This document shows, piece by piece, positions 9,452 to 18,218 of a stretch of DNA of 64,000 nucleotides (within the stretch, counting starts at the first letter, position 1; each line of letters starts with the position of its first letter). Origin of the DNA: an uncultured Planctomycetaceae bacterium (GTDB lineage Bacteria; Planctomycetota; Planctomycetia; Isosphaerales; Isosphaeraceae). Made by a program: the position numbers and the translations under genes. Under the pieces are notes generated by a model. That model made no database searches, was not told the origin of the DNA, and saw nothing but the letters and a program-made list of their open reading frames with translations. The DNA lies in NCBI GenBank assembly GCA_963833985.1, contig CAWIAD010000001.1, forward strand, positions 1,344,001 to 1,408,000, read 5' to 3'.

Positions 9452-11769
9452 TGGCGACCAGCGGAATCCCTGGGCTCCCGGACGGCCCCGCCCGGGAAGG
9501 CCGGGAGGCGGTGCGAGACCCCTTCGATGTGCTCGACTCGCTGGCGGCGAGCATCGCCATCATCGACGAGGCCGGGACCATCCTCGCGGTCAACCGGGCC
9601 TGGCGCCGTTTCGCCGCGGCGAACGCGCCCGCCGGCGCCCGCGTCGCCGAGGGTACCAACTATCTCCGCGCCTGCGACGAGGCGGAGGGCGAGGACGCCG
9701 AGGTCGCGGCGGCCTTCGCCCAGGGCATCTGCGATGTGCTCGCCGGTCGCCGCGCCGAGTTCGCCCGCGAGTACCCCTGCCACGGCCCGGGCTGTCGGCG
9801 CTGGTTTATCGGCCGCGTGACGCGCCTCGGGGACGGGCCCCGCCGGGCGCTTCTCGCCCACGAGGACATCACCGAGCGGAAGCTCATGGAGGAGTCCCTC
9901 GCCCGGAGCGAGGCACGATTGCGGACCGTCCTGGACCACGTCCATGCGGCGATTTTCCTCAAGGACCTGGAAGGACGCTACCTGCTGGTCAACCGCTTGT
10001 TCGCCGAGCTATTCGACGTGGGTGAAGAGTGGGTCATCGGCAAGTCCGACCGCGACTTCCTCCCGGCCGGAATCGCCGACCGCTTCCGCGCGAACGATCG
10101 GCAGGCGCTCGAGGCGCTCGCCCCGACCGAATTCGAGGAGGTCGTCACGCACGCCGACGGCCCCCGCACGTCGCTCGTCATCAAGGTCCCCCTGCGCGGC
10201 GCCGACGGGGCCCCCTTCGCCGTCTGCGGAATCGCCACCGACATCACCGAGCGGAAGAAGACGGAACTGGCGCTGCGCGAGAGCGAGTCGGTCCTGCGGA
10301 GCTTCTATGACGGAGTCCCTGTGGCGCTGGCCGTCGCCGAGGTGGACGACGAGGATGTCAGGGTCATCTCGGCCAACGCGACCATGGCCCGGCTGCTGGG
10401 GTGCCCCGCCAGCGAGACCCCGGATCACCAGGTCGCCGGGCTGGAGATCCCCGATGAGCACCGGCGCCGTTGGCTCGCCGCCCATCAGGAGGCGTCGTGT
10501 ACGGGCCGGCCGGCCAGGTTCGAACTCGTCTGGGCGACGCGCGAGGGCCGCGGCTGGTTCGCCGCCATGGTCAATCCGATCGCGGTCGAGCCGGGGGCGC
10601 GGCCGCGATTCTGGGTCACGATCGAGAATATCACCGAGCGCAAGGAATCCGAGCGGGAGATTTTCGTCCTGAACGCCGAGCTCGAGGAGAGGCTCGAGCG
10701 GATCACCTCGCTCCGCGAGATCGACCAGGCGATCACCGGCAGCCTCGACCTGCCACTCACCCTGGGGATTGTCGTCGACCAGGTCCGCTCCCGGCTCGAG
10801 GTCGACGCCGCGGGCATCCTGCTCCGCAGCCCGCAGGCACCGGCCTTCGAGTATGCCGTCCGCAAGGGTTATCGCGCCGGGCCGGAGCATGGGCCGGCGC
10901 AGCGGCTCGACGAGGGACCGGCCGGCCGCGCGGTCCTGGAATGCCGGACTCAACGTGCCGCCGCCCTCTCCGACATCCCATCACGGCTGGTGAGGGGCGA
11001 GGGGTTCGTCGCCTACTGGGCCGTACCGCTTGTGGTCAAGGGCGAGTCCCGGGGGGTGCTGGAGGTCGGCCACCGCTCCCAGCTCGACCCAGAGCCCGAG
11101 TGGCTGGAATATATCGAGGCCCTGGCCCGCCAGGCGGCCATCGCCGTTGACAACGCCGGGCTGCTGGCGTGCCTGCGCCGGTCCAACCTCGAGCTGTCTC
11201 TGGCGTATGACGCCACCATCGAGGGGTGGTCGCGGGCGATGGACCTGCGCGATCACGACACCGAGGGGCACAGCCGACGCGTCACCGAGATGACCCTCCG
11301 GCTGTGCCGCGCCCTGGGCATGAGCGACGACGAGCTGGTCCACATCCGTCGCGGGGCCCTGCTCCACGACATTGGCAAGATCGGCATCCCCGACGCCATC
11401 CTGCTCAAGCCCTCGGAGCTGTCGGACGATGAGCGTGCCGTCATCCGGCGGCACCCTCGCTACGCGCTGGAGATGCTCTCGCCGATCGCTTTCCTCCGCC
11501 CGGCCCTGGCCATCCCGCACTGCCACCACGAGCGCTGGGACGGGGCCGGCTACCCGAACGGCCTCCGCGGCGAGGAGATCCCTCTGGCGGCGAGGGCCTT
11601 CGCCGCCGTGGACATCTGGGACGCCCTCCGCTCCGACCGGCCCTACCGCCCGGGCTGGCCCATGGGACGCATTCTCGAGCACCTCCGGTCACTCGCGGGG
11701 ACCCACCTGGACCCTCACGTCGTGGAGACCTTCCTGGCAACCCTCAGCGCGGAGCCGACCGGCCCATGA
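9448..11769 (+). CDS. PAS-PAS-PAS-GAF-HD-GYP cyclic dinucleotide phosphodiesterase
   Basis: TEGHSRRV, LLHDIGKIGIPD, HHERWDGAGYPNGLRGEEIP; GAF AVPLVVKGESRGVL. Confidence 0.93.
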   Translation: MMATSGIPGLPDGPAREGREAVRDPFDVLDSLAASIAIIDEAGTILAVNRAWRRFAAANAPAGARVAEGTNYLRACDEAEGEDAEVAAAFAQGICDVLAGRRAEFAREYPCHGPGCRRWFIGRVTRLGDGPRRALLAHEDITERKLMEESLARSEARLRTVLDHVHAAIFLKDLEGRYLLVNRLFAELFDVGEEWVIGKSDRDFLPAGIADRFRANDRQALEALAPTEFEEVVTHADGPRTSLVIKVPLRGADGAPFAVCGIATDITERKKTELALRESESVLRSFYDGVPVALAVAEVDDEDVRVISANATMARLLGCPASETPDHQVAGLEIPDEHRRRWLAAHQEASCTGRPARFELVWATREGRGWFAAMVNPIAVEPGARPRFWVTIENITERKESEREIFVLNAELEERLERITSLREIDQAITGSLDLPLTLGIVVDQVRSRLEVDAAGILLRSPQAPAFEYAVRKGYRAGPEHGPAQRLDEGPAGRAVLECRTQRAAALSDIPSRLVRGEGFVAYWAVPLVVKGESRGVLEVGHRSQLDPEPEWLEYIEALARQAAIAVDNAGLLACLRRSNLELSLAYDATIEGWSRAMDLRDHDTEGHSRRVTEMTLRLCRALGMSDDELVHIRRGALLHDIGKIGIPDAILLKPSELSDDERAVIRRHPRYALEMLSPIAFLRPALAIPHCHHERWDGAGYPNGLRGEEIPLAARAFAAVDIWDALRSDRPYRPGWPMGRILEHLRSLAGTHLDPHVVETFLATLSAEPTGP

Positions 11770-12090
11770 TGAGTCAGGCGCGCCCCTGCGAGCGGGTCCC
11801 CTTCTTCGCGCGGGTGACCATCACGCCGTCGGGTGGAGTGCCCCCGTTCGAGGCCCACAGCTTCAACATCCGCCTCGCCAGCGTCGGCCTGACCTCGCCG
11901 CGGGTCCTGGCAGCCGGCCAGTTCGTCTCCCGCGCGTTCCACCTCCCCGACGGCCAGGGCGGCCAGGTCACCGGGATGCCGGCCGGGCGGATCGTCCACT
12001 CGAGGGCGCGACCCCCATCGCGATCCAGCTCCTTGCCCCGCCAGACGACCGCTCGACCGCCGTGCTGGCGAGGAAGATATCGAGATGTCA
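11766..12090 (+). pseudogene. Degenerate or frameshifted PilZ-like domain
   Basis: ATGA-coupled; RPCERVPF (RxxxR) and FNIRLASVGL (eroded D/NxSxxG); C-part ATPIAIQLLAP in another frame after ~12005. Confidence 0.5.
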
Positions 12091-12132
12091 GAGCGGGTGG
12101 GGGGGAGGCGGACCATTGCCCCCCTGCCTGCG

Positions 12133-13782
12133 TCACATCTCCTTCAGATATTCGTGCACGAACAGGACCGCCATCGACCCCTCGCCGACGGCCGAGGCGA
12201 CGCGCTTGGCCGAGCCGGACCGGACGTCCCCCGCGGCGAAGACCCCGGGGCGGCTGGTCTCCAGCAGGTGCGGCTGCCGGCGCGCCGTCCACGCCTCGGA
12301 ATTCTCCAGGGAGGCCCCGGTCCGCACGAATCCCTTCTCGTCCTTCTCGATCTCCGGGGGGAGCCAGTCGGTCCGCGGCGTCGCGCCAATGAAGCTGAAC
12401 AGGGCGGGGGTCTTGATCGTCCGCGCCTCGCCCGTCTTGTTGTTGACGGCCTCGACCTCGCGGAGGCAGCGTTCCCCGGACATCCGCAGTACCTCGGTGT
12501 CGAGGAGCACTTCGATGTTGGGGGTCTCCTCGATCCGCTTCGCGAGGTAGCTCGACATGTGCTCGTAAAGGTTCCTGCCGCGGACCACCAGGTACACCTT
12601 GCGGACCTGCCCGGAGAGGAAGACGGTGGCCTGGCCGGCGGAGTTACCACCGCCGACGACTACGACGTCCGAGCCCTTGCAGAGCTGCGCCTCGACGGGG
12701 GTCGCGGCGTAATAGACGCCGCACCCTTCGAACCGTTCGCACCCCTCGACGCCCAGGAGGCGATAGTCGGCCCCGGTGGCGATCAGCAGGCACTTGGCCG
12801 AGACCGTCTCGCCGTTGTCCAGGTGCAGCACCGCATACTTGTTGTCGAACGACAGCCCCGTGACCTGCGAGGCGACGGGAAGGTGCGCCCCGAACTTGTT
12901 GGCCTGCACGACGGCGTTCTCGGCAAGTTCACGGCCGGTGATGCCGGTGGGGAAGCCGAGGTAGTTCTCGATCCGCATGCTGCGACCGGCCTGGCCCCCG
13001 GGCGCGTCCCGCTCCAGCACGACCGTGTTCAGCCCCTCGGAGGCGCCGTAGACGGCCGCGGCCAGCCCCGCCGGGCCTGCCCCCACCACGACCAGGTCGT
13101 ACACTGTTTGCTCGAGCGGCCGGCGAAGGGCCAGGGCATTCGCCAGCTCCTCCTTCGAGGGGTTGCGCAGGGTCAGCTTGTGGCCCCAGGTGACCACGGG
13201 CGTGTCGCCCTCGGTGAGCCCGGCCTGCTCGAGAAACTGCTTGACCTGCGGGTCGTCCTCCAGGTCCATCCAGGTAAACGGCACCAGGTTCTTGGCCAGG
13301 AACTCGCGAACGCGAAGGGTGTCCTTCGAATAGCGCGAGCCGATCACGCGCAGGCCCGTGAAGTCCCCCATCTCGTGGAGGAGGTGGCGTCGGGCCATGA
13401 AGGCCCGGAGGATGAGGTCGCCCACGTTCGGGTGGACGTTCATGAGTTCACGCAGGGCGTCGTTCGAGACCTCGAAGACGTCGCTCTCTCCCCGGGCGAC
13501 GCCGCTGAAGATCGCCGGGCCCCCGGTCAACTGGGCCACCTCGCCGGTGAACTCCCCGGGCCGAAGGGTCGCGACGACCTTCGGCTCATCGCCGGCGTCG
13601 TCGATGATCTCGACAGCGCCGGTCTTGACGACGTAGAAGTTGCAGTCGCATTGCCCGGCTTCGAAGAGCTTCTCCCCGTCGCGATAATGCTCGAGCTGCG
13701 ACAGCGGGCAGCCATCCAGCGCGGCGAGCTGGGCGTTGTCGAGCCTGGGGAATGCGGAGGCGTGCAGGTCCTGATCGAGCAT
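12133..13782 (-). CDS. cNMP-binding domain fused to thioredoxin reductase-like FAD oxidoreductase
   Basis: N-terminal FEAGQ...PGEFTGE; VVGAGPAGLAAAVYGASEG, IENYLGFPTGITG, VVGGGNSAGQA, GVFAAGDVRSGS. Confidence 0.92.
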   Translation of the reverse strand: MLDQDLHASAFPRLDNAQLAALDGCPLSQLEHYRDGEKLFEAGQCDCNFYVVKTGAVEIIDDAGDEPKVVATLRPGEFTGEVAQLTGGPAIFSGVARGESDVFEVSNDALRELMNVHPNVGDLILRAFMARRHLLHEMGDFTGLRVIGSRYSKDTLRVREFLAKNLVPFTWMDLEDDPQVKQFLEQAGLTEGDTPVVTWGHKLTLRNPSKEELANALALRRPLEQTVYDLVVVGAGPAGLAAAVYGASEGLNTVVLERDAPGGQAGRSMRIENYLGFPTGITGRELAENAVVQANKFGAHLPVASQVTGLSFDNKYAVLHLDNGETVSAKCLLIATGADYRLLGVEGCERFEGCGVYYAATPVEAQLCKGSDVVVVGGGNSAGQATVFLSGQVRKVYLVVRGRNLYEHMSSYLAKRIEETPNIEVLLDTEVLRMSGERCLREVEAVNNKTGEARTIKTPALFSFIGATPRTDWLPPEIEKDEKGFVRTGASLENSEAWTARRQPHLLETSRPGVFAAGDVRSGSAKRVASAVGEGSMAVLFVHEYLKEM

Positions 13783-13815
13783 GTCTCGGGCTCCTCCGGT
13801 CCGATGCGGTCCGCT

Positions 13816-14109
13816 TCAGTCACGCAGGACCGGCAGGATATGTTCCGGCACCGGCAACACCGTCTCGTCGACGTAACACCAGGCCCAACGCTCGCCGGGC
13901 TCGTAGGACGCCACCACGGGGTGGCTCGTGTGGTGGAAATGTTTCGTCGCGTGCCGTCCCGGTGAGCTGTCGCAGCAGCCGACGTGGCCGCAGTTCAGGC
14001 AGAGCCGCAGGTGGACCCGGCGCAGTCCCGTCTTGAGACACTCCTCGCAGCCCGGGGTCCGCGCGGGGATTGGCCTGGCCTCGAACAGGTGCTCGCACAC
14101 CATAGCCAT
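13816..14109 (-). CDS. UBP-type zinc finger protein
   Basis: CEHL...CEECL...HLRLCLNCGHVGCCDSSPGRHATKHF...EPGERWAWCYVD; AGGAG SD. Confidence 0.92.
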   Translation of the reverse strand: MAMVCEHLFEARPIPARTPGCEECLKTGLRRVHLRLCLNCGHVGCCDSSPGRHATKHFHHTSHPVVASYEPGERWAWCYVDETVLPVPEHILPVLRD

Positions 14110-14549
14110 GTTCAAATCTCCTGGAGAAGGCTCATCTGCCGCGTCACTCGCATCCACATCGGCCCGATCGGCCGTCGGGCTCTGAATGGATCATCGCACG
14201 GCAGTCAGCGTTCGGAGGGCATCGAAAGCGATGCCCCGGATGGCCTGGTGAATCGGGCCGGGTCCGACAGCGTGATGATGTGCCCGTTCACCGGTCAGGA
14301 CAATTGGCCCCTCAAGAGATGTAGATTATGCTGATCGAGACTTCCGGTCAACCCGGGCGATTGACGACTTCACCCCGCGGGGATCCGGGCTTTCGACTCG
14401 GCCGGGCGTTTCTCGCGCCGCCGCTTGCGCGCTCGGGCGGCCGCATTTGCCTCATCACCGCGGTACTGCGGCAAGTGTTCGGGATGCGCGGCGATCCGGC
14501 TGCCGGGCAAGAGCGACCTCAGGTCCACGCCAGCCGAGGGCAGCGCGAT

Positions 14550-14798
14550 CAGCAACTGACGGTAGACGCCAACCCCGACTCGTTGGAACGTCTGCTTCGA
14601 GACCACTGGGCCGCGGCGCATCCCGAGCAAGTTCTGAATCCTCGCCTCGACGAATCCCGAGAGAAGACCCGGCGGCGCGATCAGCGCCGGGCAGAACGGC
14701 ACCGCTTGAAGTAGAGCACGCAAGACGACGAGGTTACGGTCCTGGCAGCCGCCATCCCGCCGCCCCCCCGCGCGGCTACCGGGTAATCCCGCGCTTAC
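14550..14798 (+). mobile_element. IS66-family 3' remnant (TnpC C-terminus plus right inverted repeat)
   Basis: LERLLRDHWAAAHPEQVLNPRLDESREK resembles the TnpC tail; ends CGCTTAC (14798), reverse complement GTAAGCG, the typical IS66 terminus. Confidence 0.55.
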
Positions 14799-14883
14799 GG
14801 AGCAAGGCGGCGTGTTGCTCCAGGACCGCGCGGAGTTGTGCCTGGCAGGTCGGCAGGTCGCCAGGGATAGGGGGTGAGTGCAA
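14799..14883 (-). pseudogene. Possible IS66 TnpC N-terminal fragment
   Basis: SPPIPGDLPTCQAQLRAVLEQHAALL, cut exactly at the IS66 end. Confidence 0.35.
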
Positions 14884-14915
14884 CGCCAGGATGGCTAAGT
14901 TTGAGGCGGCCCGCC

Positions 14916-15614
14916 TCAATCGTCTACTTCGAGGATGTCCTCACCAATTGCGGTGTGAGGGTTGCGGCGGTTATAGATCTGCCGGATCAGGTCGAAGTAT
15001 TCCGCTTCGGTCACCTGTTTGTTGGAGATCGTGTCAATGAGGCGTATCCAGGGAGTCACGGCGGGGTCGTGCGTGACGGGCTGAAATAGCATCATGGTCA
15101 CGTTTTCGAATTTCTCGCCCGGATCCGTGTACTCTTGCCTTCCGCTGATCGTGGCCAGCAGCTTTCGGGCACGATCAAAAGTCGAGACCTTGCGGCCCGG
15201 CGTCACATCCTCGTTCGCCGCGTTCGGGAAACAGAAGAGCGCACAGACGACCGAATAAGGGAAACGAAGGTGAAGCGTGATCCCTTCCGGGCAAAGATCG
15301 TAGAAGCGATTCTTCAGGTTCTTGCCGTAAGGCTCGGACGTGATGGTCTTGATCGAAACGGCGAGGATGAGGCCGTGCTGCTCGTCAGCGTAGCTCACGT
15401 CGACCCGCTTGGGGCCAAGCCCACCCTGAAAAGCCTTCTCCCCGGCACCGCCTATGGGGGGCTTCACGTTTGCAAATCCAATCTCGCGCAGGCCAGTTGC
15501 AACCGCCTGCGCGAGTTTTTGGGAAAGCACTTCGGAGTAGCGTTTCTTCGATGGTTCTCCAATAAAGCCGGCCGCAGTCACGGCATCAAGCAGCCCCATT
15601 TGCTGATTCTCCAT
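14916..15614 (-). CDS. Putative type II restriction endonuclease (PD-(D/E)xK)
   Basis: KRVDVSY...LAVSIKT...KNLKNRFYDL..E; overlaps the MTase end; lower GC. Confidence 0.7.
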   Translation of the reverse strand: MENQQMGLLDAVTAAGFIGEPSKKRYSEVLSQKLAQAVATGLREIGFANVKPPIGGAGEKAFQGGLGPKRVDVSYADEQHGLILAVSIKTITSEPYGKNLKNRFYDLCPEGITLHLRFPYSVVCALFCFPNAANEDVTPGRKVSTFDRARKLLATISGRQEYTDPGEKFENVTMMLFQPVTHDPAVTPWIRLIDTISNKQVTEAEYFDLIRQIYNRRNPHTAIGEDILEVDD

Positions 15615-17292
15615 AACCGCGACGGGCTGTCAGCGAGACAGCGGCCTCTCGCAGCAACCGGCATTCCGCTCTGGAAAGCCCCATCATCTCTTGCAGGACT
15701 GCCTGGTCGGCTCGTCCGCGCGCAGCCTCATCACCGGTCTTCCGAGCGAGATCATCCAGTTCCGATGAAAGTTCGAGCAGTCTGGGGATTCCTTGCTTGT
15801 CCAGGAAAGGCACGAGGACATTTTCCGCCTCCGTCGGCTCGAGTTTCAGCATGCCTCCGCCGAGGGCATGTCCCTCGATCTCGGCGCTCAGGCGCGTGAG
15901 AGACGTCTGCCAGAGCGCCGCGAGTGCATTGCTGGGCATCTGGGCCAGCGGATGAATACGGAGAATGTGCAGACTGTTCGGAGCGAATGCTCCGGCATCG
16001 TTCGCGACAAGCCGAGGCATGGCCCCACTCATGTAGGTCAGGAAGGCGTCCGGCATATGGACGCCAGGTACGCAATACCACGGAAAGCGCATGCGGCATT
16101 TGTAGCCTCGCTGAATATCCTGCGCTTCACCTTGATCGAGGTATTTGCGAATTGTCGTGGGGATCGCCTGATTCTTACGGAGATGCAGCAGGAATCCCGC
16201 CTCACCGGTTTCGGCGGCCCGATGCCAATCTGATGACGTGAAGCGCAGGCCGGACAGGGCTCTACCCCTGCGGATCGCTTGCTTGAGGTATTCCATCGGC
16301 ATGCGATGTTGCTCGGCCTGGCGCGGGCTCAGATGGAAGTAGTCATTGGCCCCGGTCACGTAGCCGATTCCAACGTCAGCCACAGCGCCGAGCCGCTGGG
16401 CACGCCCTGACCCCACGAGATCGTGGTAAAGACCTCGTGCTTTCTCTGGGATAAAGTACTCGATGAGGCGAGCGTCCCCGGACGCCACCGCCACCGCGTC
16501 CAGCGTGTGGACGTTGGCCAGCGGCCAGCCGTCTTTCTCTCTCAGCTCGGCGAGTTCCTTCGGATGCGCGACGTCTCGCCAGAAGAATGTCGCGGGTGCG
16601 GATCCGTGGTCGCTCGCCAGTAAGAGCACCGTATCCTCGCTCAGGTCGGGAAAGAGCTTTTCCCGGAATGTAAGAAAAGTCGCGGAGCCAAACGATTGCC
16701 GAATATGTTCAAGCAATGGCTTTGCGTACTGCGCGTGGCCCACCTCCCTCGGCAAGACCATCGCCAGGCATCCGCCCGGGCGCAACATGGCCATCGAATG
16801 GACGAGGAATGGCGCCCATGAGCTGCAAAGCTCGGGCAAGCGGATCCCCTGGTCCAGGCAGCGAGCGAGCGCCCGTTTTCGCATGGCACCCGTGAATCGT
16901 TGGTAGCGGATAAATGGCGGATTACCTATCACCACATCGACCCGCAGGCGAGGCGGATCGATACTGAAGAAATCGGCGAGGATGAGATTGTTTCGATCGA
17001 TCGCGCACTCGACTGTGAGGAGATCGGACGTGCGATGGAATACGGCGGAATCAATCTCCGCACCATAAACCTGCTTTTCCGGCCTGCCTCCGAGCTTTAT
17101 CAGGCGATTGCTTGCTGATCGAAGGAAAACGCCCTCCCCGAAAGAGGGATCGAGGATCGTCTGAACGGGAGAACGTATTCCCCACCAGGCCAGGAAATCG
17201 GCGGCCCCTACATCTGTATAGTAGGCACCCATGGATTTGGTGCCGAGTACGTCCAGTCGATGGTCCAGAAAGCGACTTGAATCGGTCGGCAT
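15586..17292 (-). CDS. Amino (probably N6-adenine) DNA methyltransferase, gamma class (Eco57I/TaqI-like)
   Basis: GAYYT, ILDPSFGEGVFL (motif I), VIGNPPFIRYQ (motif IV), C-terminal GGGMLKLEP. Confidence 0.92.
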   Translation of the reverse strand: MPTDSSRFLDHRLDVLGTKSMGAYYTDVGAADFLAWWGIRSPVQTILDPSFGEGVFLRSASNRLIKLGGRPEKQVYGAEIDSAVFHRTSDLLTVECAIDRNNLILADFFSIDPPRLRVDVVIGNPPFIRYQRFTGAMRKRALARCLDQGIRLPELCSSWAPFLVHSMAMLRPGGCLAMVLPREVGHAQYAKPLLEHIRQSFGSATFLTFREKLFPDLSEDTVLLLASDHGSAPATFFWRDVAHPKELAELREKDGWPLANVHTLDAVAVASGDARLIEYFIPEKARGLYHDLVGSGRAQRLGAVADVGIGYVTGANDYFHLSPRQAEQHRMPMEYLKQAIRRGRALSGLRFTSSDWHRAAETGEAGFLLHLRKNQAIPTTIRKYLDQGEAQDIQRGYKCRMRFPWYCVPGVHMPDAFLTYMSGAMPRLVANDAGAFAPNSLHILRIHPLAQMPSNALAALWQTSLTRLSAEIEGHALGGGMLKLEPTEAENVLVPFLDKQGIPRLLELSSELDDLARKTGDEAARGRADQAVLQEMMGLSRAECRLLREAAVSLTARRGYGESANGAA

Positions 17293-17540
17293 GGGTTAAC
17301 CTACTGCCTATATGTTTAGTCCGACTTCACTATACTACGGGCGAAGGGATCAAGGCAATAGGGGCTTCATCCTTTATGTAAACCATACGCTCGTATTGAG
17401 TTATGGCGTGTTGGCGTGGAGGTCACGAAAGTTCAATAATGGCCACAACCTGCCGATTCACCCAACGCCAGCTCACCTCGTGCAGACGATATAGACAGGA
17501 CGGGCCTCATGTGCAGCTTCATCGATTTGACGTAAGCTAT

Positions 17541-17625
17541 TACCGGCGGTGGGATTCGAACCCACACGGGGGTTCCCCCCCAGAGGATTTTAAGTCCTCA
17601 GCGTCTGCCATTCCGCCACGCCGGC
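17541..17625 (-). tRNA. tRNA-Leu(TAA)
   Basis: GCCGGCG acceptor, GAGGA-CT-TAA-AA-TCCTC anticodon arm, long variable arm, GGTTCGAATCC; CCA not encoded. Confidence 0.97.
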
Positions 17626-18218
17626 AACTCACCAGGTCTTGCCGCGCATCCGGCCATCGACTGTACCATCCCCGTGGCATGTGTCACGAGCTTGACCCGC
17701 AGCTCACCGTCCCCTCTGATCTGCGGCCTGTGCACCTTGACCGTGAATGAGCGTCCCATCCGCCCAGGCGCGTCCAGTTCCGCACGCCTTCCGGGCAGGT
17801 AACCCATGGTGCGATGGTTGTCGGGCCCGCGCCTTAACCTTCTTTTCCCGCAAAGATGGAGGAAATTCTACCACGCTGTCATGATCTCTCTTGAGCGAGC
17901 CCTCATTCTGTGCTAAGTTAAGCTCAGTCAGGTCTGACATGGCTGCCGGGCTCGGGTTGACGGTTCATTGTGGAATGACGGCACATTCCGCGATCGGGAC
18001 TGGGTCTGTACCGAGCCGCTCGAGAAGGACCTCGACCACTTTTCCCCAGAAGTCTGACTTCGCGCCGCCTTTCGTCCTGCCCAGAGCATGATAGACCGAA
18101 CCATCCAGACCCGGTAATCGCGATCGCAACCTTACTCCAGAGTCCGGATCCATTCGCGCGGCCTGGGCAGGCTCGTCCCGGCTGAGGTGGGTCCGGCACC
18201 CCGAGATGGAGCTGCCTC

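Noticed and set aside
12085..13965. Long antisense ORFs (also 6088-7497, 42456-44507, 44673-46337, 60226-61704)
   Set aside because: Shadows of real genes caused by high-GC codon bias; no family motifs
14162..14236. Two hairpins upstream of the UBP Zn-finger gene (GCCCGA/TCGGGC; GGGCATCG/CGATGCCC)
   Set aside because: Single copy, no T-run and no recognisable motif; expected at this GC content
17700..18160. Short minus-strand ORFs between tRNA-Leu and the kinase
   Set aside because: No motifs or convincing ribosome-binding sites; the region holds plausible promoters instead
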